64,000 bases of DNA. It comes from the human T2T-CHM13v2.0 reference genome, Homo sapiens. The position numbers and the translations under genes were made by a program. Shown one piece after another: positions 54,340 through 64,000 of this stretch. The stretch lies in NCBI RefSeq assembly GCF_009914755.1, contig NC_060928.1. One strand, given 5' to 3'. The notes under the pieces were generated by a model, which saw only the letters and a list, made by a program, of their open reading frames with translations, did no database searches and was not told the DNA's origin. Each line of letters opens with the position of its first letter. The first letter of the stretch is position 1.

Positions 54340-55370
54340 AGTCTAGGGAAGGTCTGAGGGAATTGATAATGTATACAATTACTGTGTGTTGGGTTCTTTC
54401 TGCAGAGGACCTAGCCTTGCTTCAACTGATGGGCTCTGGATTTGAGAACTGGGTTAGGTTTGGAAACTGGATAAAGAGATTATAATTTTCTATTGTGGCA
54501 GCTGACATCAGCCTTTGGCTCACTCATTATTGATCTTCTTTTGGGTGTGCAGGTCAGGCAGTACCCTCATCCATCTTAGATCTAGGCACACCATGATCTA
54601 TTAACCATCACTATAGATCCCTGTATGTCACAGCCCCCTGGTTTCCATTCAACCTTTGTTACCTATTTGGATAACTACATCTGTCTTTCTCTTGATGGCT
54701 AAGTAGTGCCTCCTGGCCTCTGCTGTTTCATAATCCTATCATCCCTGAATCCTAGGGGCTTCCCTATCATTATCCCTGGTGTACAAAGCATAGACACTGC
54801 CAAGCCTCTCAATGAGGCCAGTGCCCTTCATCCCCAGCCCTTGCACCACTTTGCATTTCTTATTGCTTTAGTAAAAGGGGTGTTCCCTTTTGATTCTCTT
54901 GAGAAACACGGTCATCTTCTGGATTTTCAGGTCTCATATGATAGGTCCAGTTGAACATTCCCACCTCTCTGAGCCTCTTGACTTCTTCCTTAGCACTCTT
55001 CCAAAGCATTTCTGGAATCTTCACCTGATTTGTTGTAGGCCATAATTTCCCCTCTGCCCCCAATTTTAAAGGAGCTATCCCAGTGGCACAGAACTGATTC
55101 CAGATGTCTTTCTTGGGGTACTACTTCCTCAGTTGCAGGAGATTGCCCCGATTTCAACAACCTCTCCCTTATATTCTGCTCCCCTGGCTGAGCATGCTCA
55201 TGATTGATGTCTAATATGGTTTTTCTATTCCTGCAGGTACATATGAGTTGGGTCCTATAGTGATTTTTTGGTGAACTGGTTCCCTAGTCAAGCTGAGATT
55301 TGATTGTTGACCTTATTTATTGGCCTAGAAACCATGTAGGGACATGAGGACATACTTTGAGGAGGATAAC
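54340..55370 (-). mobile_element. ERVL/MaLR internal gag-like remnant
   Basis: WPTTNQVKIPEMLWKSAKEEVKRLREVGMFNWTYH resembles ERVL gag. Confidence 0.7.
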
Positions 55371-55384
55371 ATCATCTTTTATTT

Positions 55385-56390
55385 AAAAAAAACATTATTT
55401 TTAATTTTTTATGGGTACATATTAGGTATACATATTTATGGGGTACATGAGATATTTTAATACAGGCATACAATGTGTAATAGTCACCTCAAGGTAAATA
55501 GGGTATCTATCACCTCAGGCATTTGTCATTTCTTTGTGTTAGGAACATTCAAATTCCACTCTTTTGGTTATTTTAAAATATACAACAAGTTATTGTTGAC
55601 TCTCCTGTTGTAGTTTCAAATACTAGATCTTATTCATTTTATCTAACTATATTTTTGAACCTATTAACCATCAGGGCATCCTCTGCTACCCTTTCCCACT
55701 ACCCTTCCCAGCCACTGGCAACCATCATTCTACCCTCTATTTCCATGAGTTCAATTGATTTAGTTTTTACCTGCCATGAATCAGTGAGAACATGTGAAAT
55801 TTGTCTGTTTTGGGCCTGTCTTATTTCATTGAACATAATGTCTGCCAGTTTCATTTATGTTGTGGCGAATGACAAGACTTCATTCTTTTTTATGGCTGAA
55901 TAGTACTCCACTGTATATGTATATACACTCCATTTTCTTTATCCATTCACCTGTTGATAGACACTTAGGTTGATTCCAAACCTTGGCTATATTAATAGTG
56001 CTGTGATAAAAATGGCAGTGCAGATATCTCTGGGATATATTGACTTCTTCGCTTTTGTGTATATACCTAGCAGTGGGATTGTTGGATCACATGGTAGTTC
56101 TGTTTTTAGTATTTTAAGGAAACTCCACACTGTTCTCTATAGTGACTGTACTAATTTACATTGCCACCAACAGTGAACAAGAGCTCCCTTTTCTCTACAT
56201 CCTCAACAGAATTTGCTATTGCCTCTCCTTTGGATAAAAGACATCTCATTGAGGTGAGATGATATCTCATTGTACCTTTGATTTGCATTTTTCTGATGAT
56301 CAATAATATTGAGCACATTTTTATATACGTGTTGGCAATCTTTATGTCTTATTTTAAGAAATGTCTATTCAGACCTTTTGTTTATTTTAT
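55385..56390 (-). mobile_element. L1MA 3' portion
   Basis: L1M 3'UTR and ORF2 tail motifs. Confidence 0.85.
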
Positions 56391-56399
56391 TATTTGTTT

Positions 56400-61565
<5,166 letters not shown>

Positions 61566-61569
61566 GTTT

Positions 61570-64000
<2,431 letters not shown>

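Overview
Mammalian genomic DNA, almost certainly human, given the Alu/L1PA content and the protein match. It holds the complete nine-exon class II alcohol dehydrogenase gene ADH4 on the minus strand: CDS 35265 to 15477, 1143 nt, 380 aa, all introns GT-AG. A 5'-truncated processed PCNA pseudogene lies at ~51350-52407. The rest is a dense layer of retroelements: a HERV-W/LTR17 retrocopy, a 3'-truncated L1PA with an intact 5'UTR, a solo LTR1, a MER4-group ERV1 provirus with an env remnant, a MER41 retrocopy, ERVL fragments, many Alus and older L1s. I found no clearly new gene system. The most notable observations: (i) two independent ~140-bp templated insertions copied from 1-1.4 kb away, one of which supplies a splice donor to a candidate antisense exon; (ii) a MER5A-derived alternative ADH4 start exon that carries an in-frame TAA in this haplotype; (iii) an apparently internally primed L1 with an extended antisense ORF0 aimed at the ADH4 3' end; (iv) two ERV copies that look L1-mobilised, one with a tRNA-Ile primer site. 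Repeat family names come from recalled consensus sequences, and repeat boundaries are approximate.
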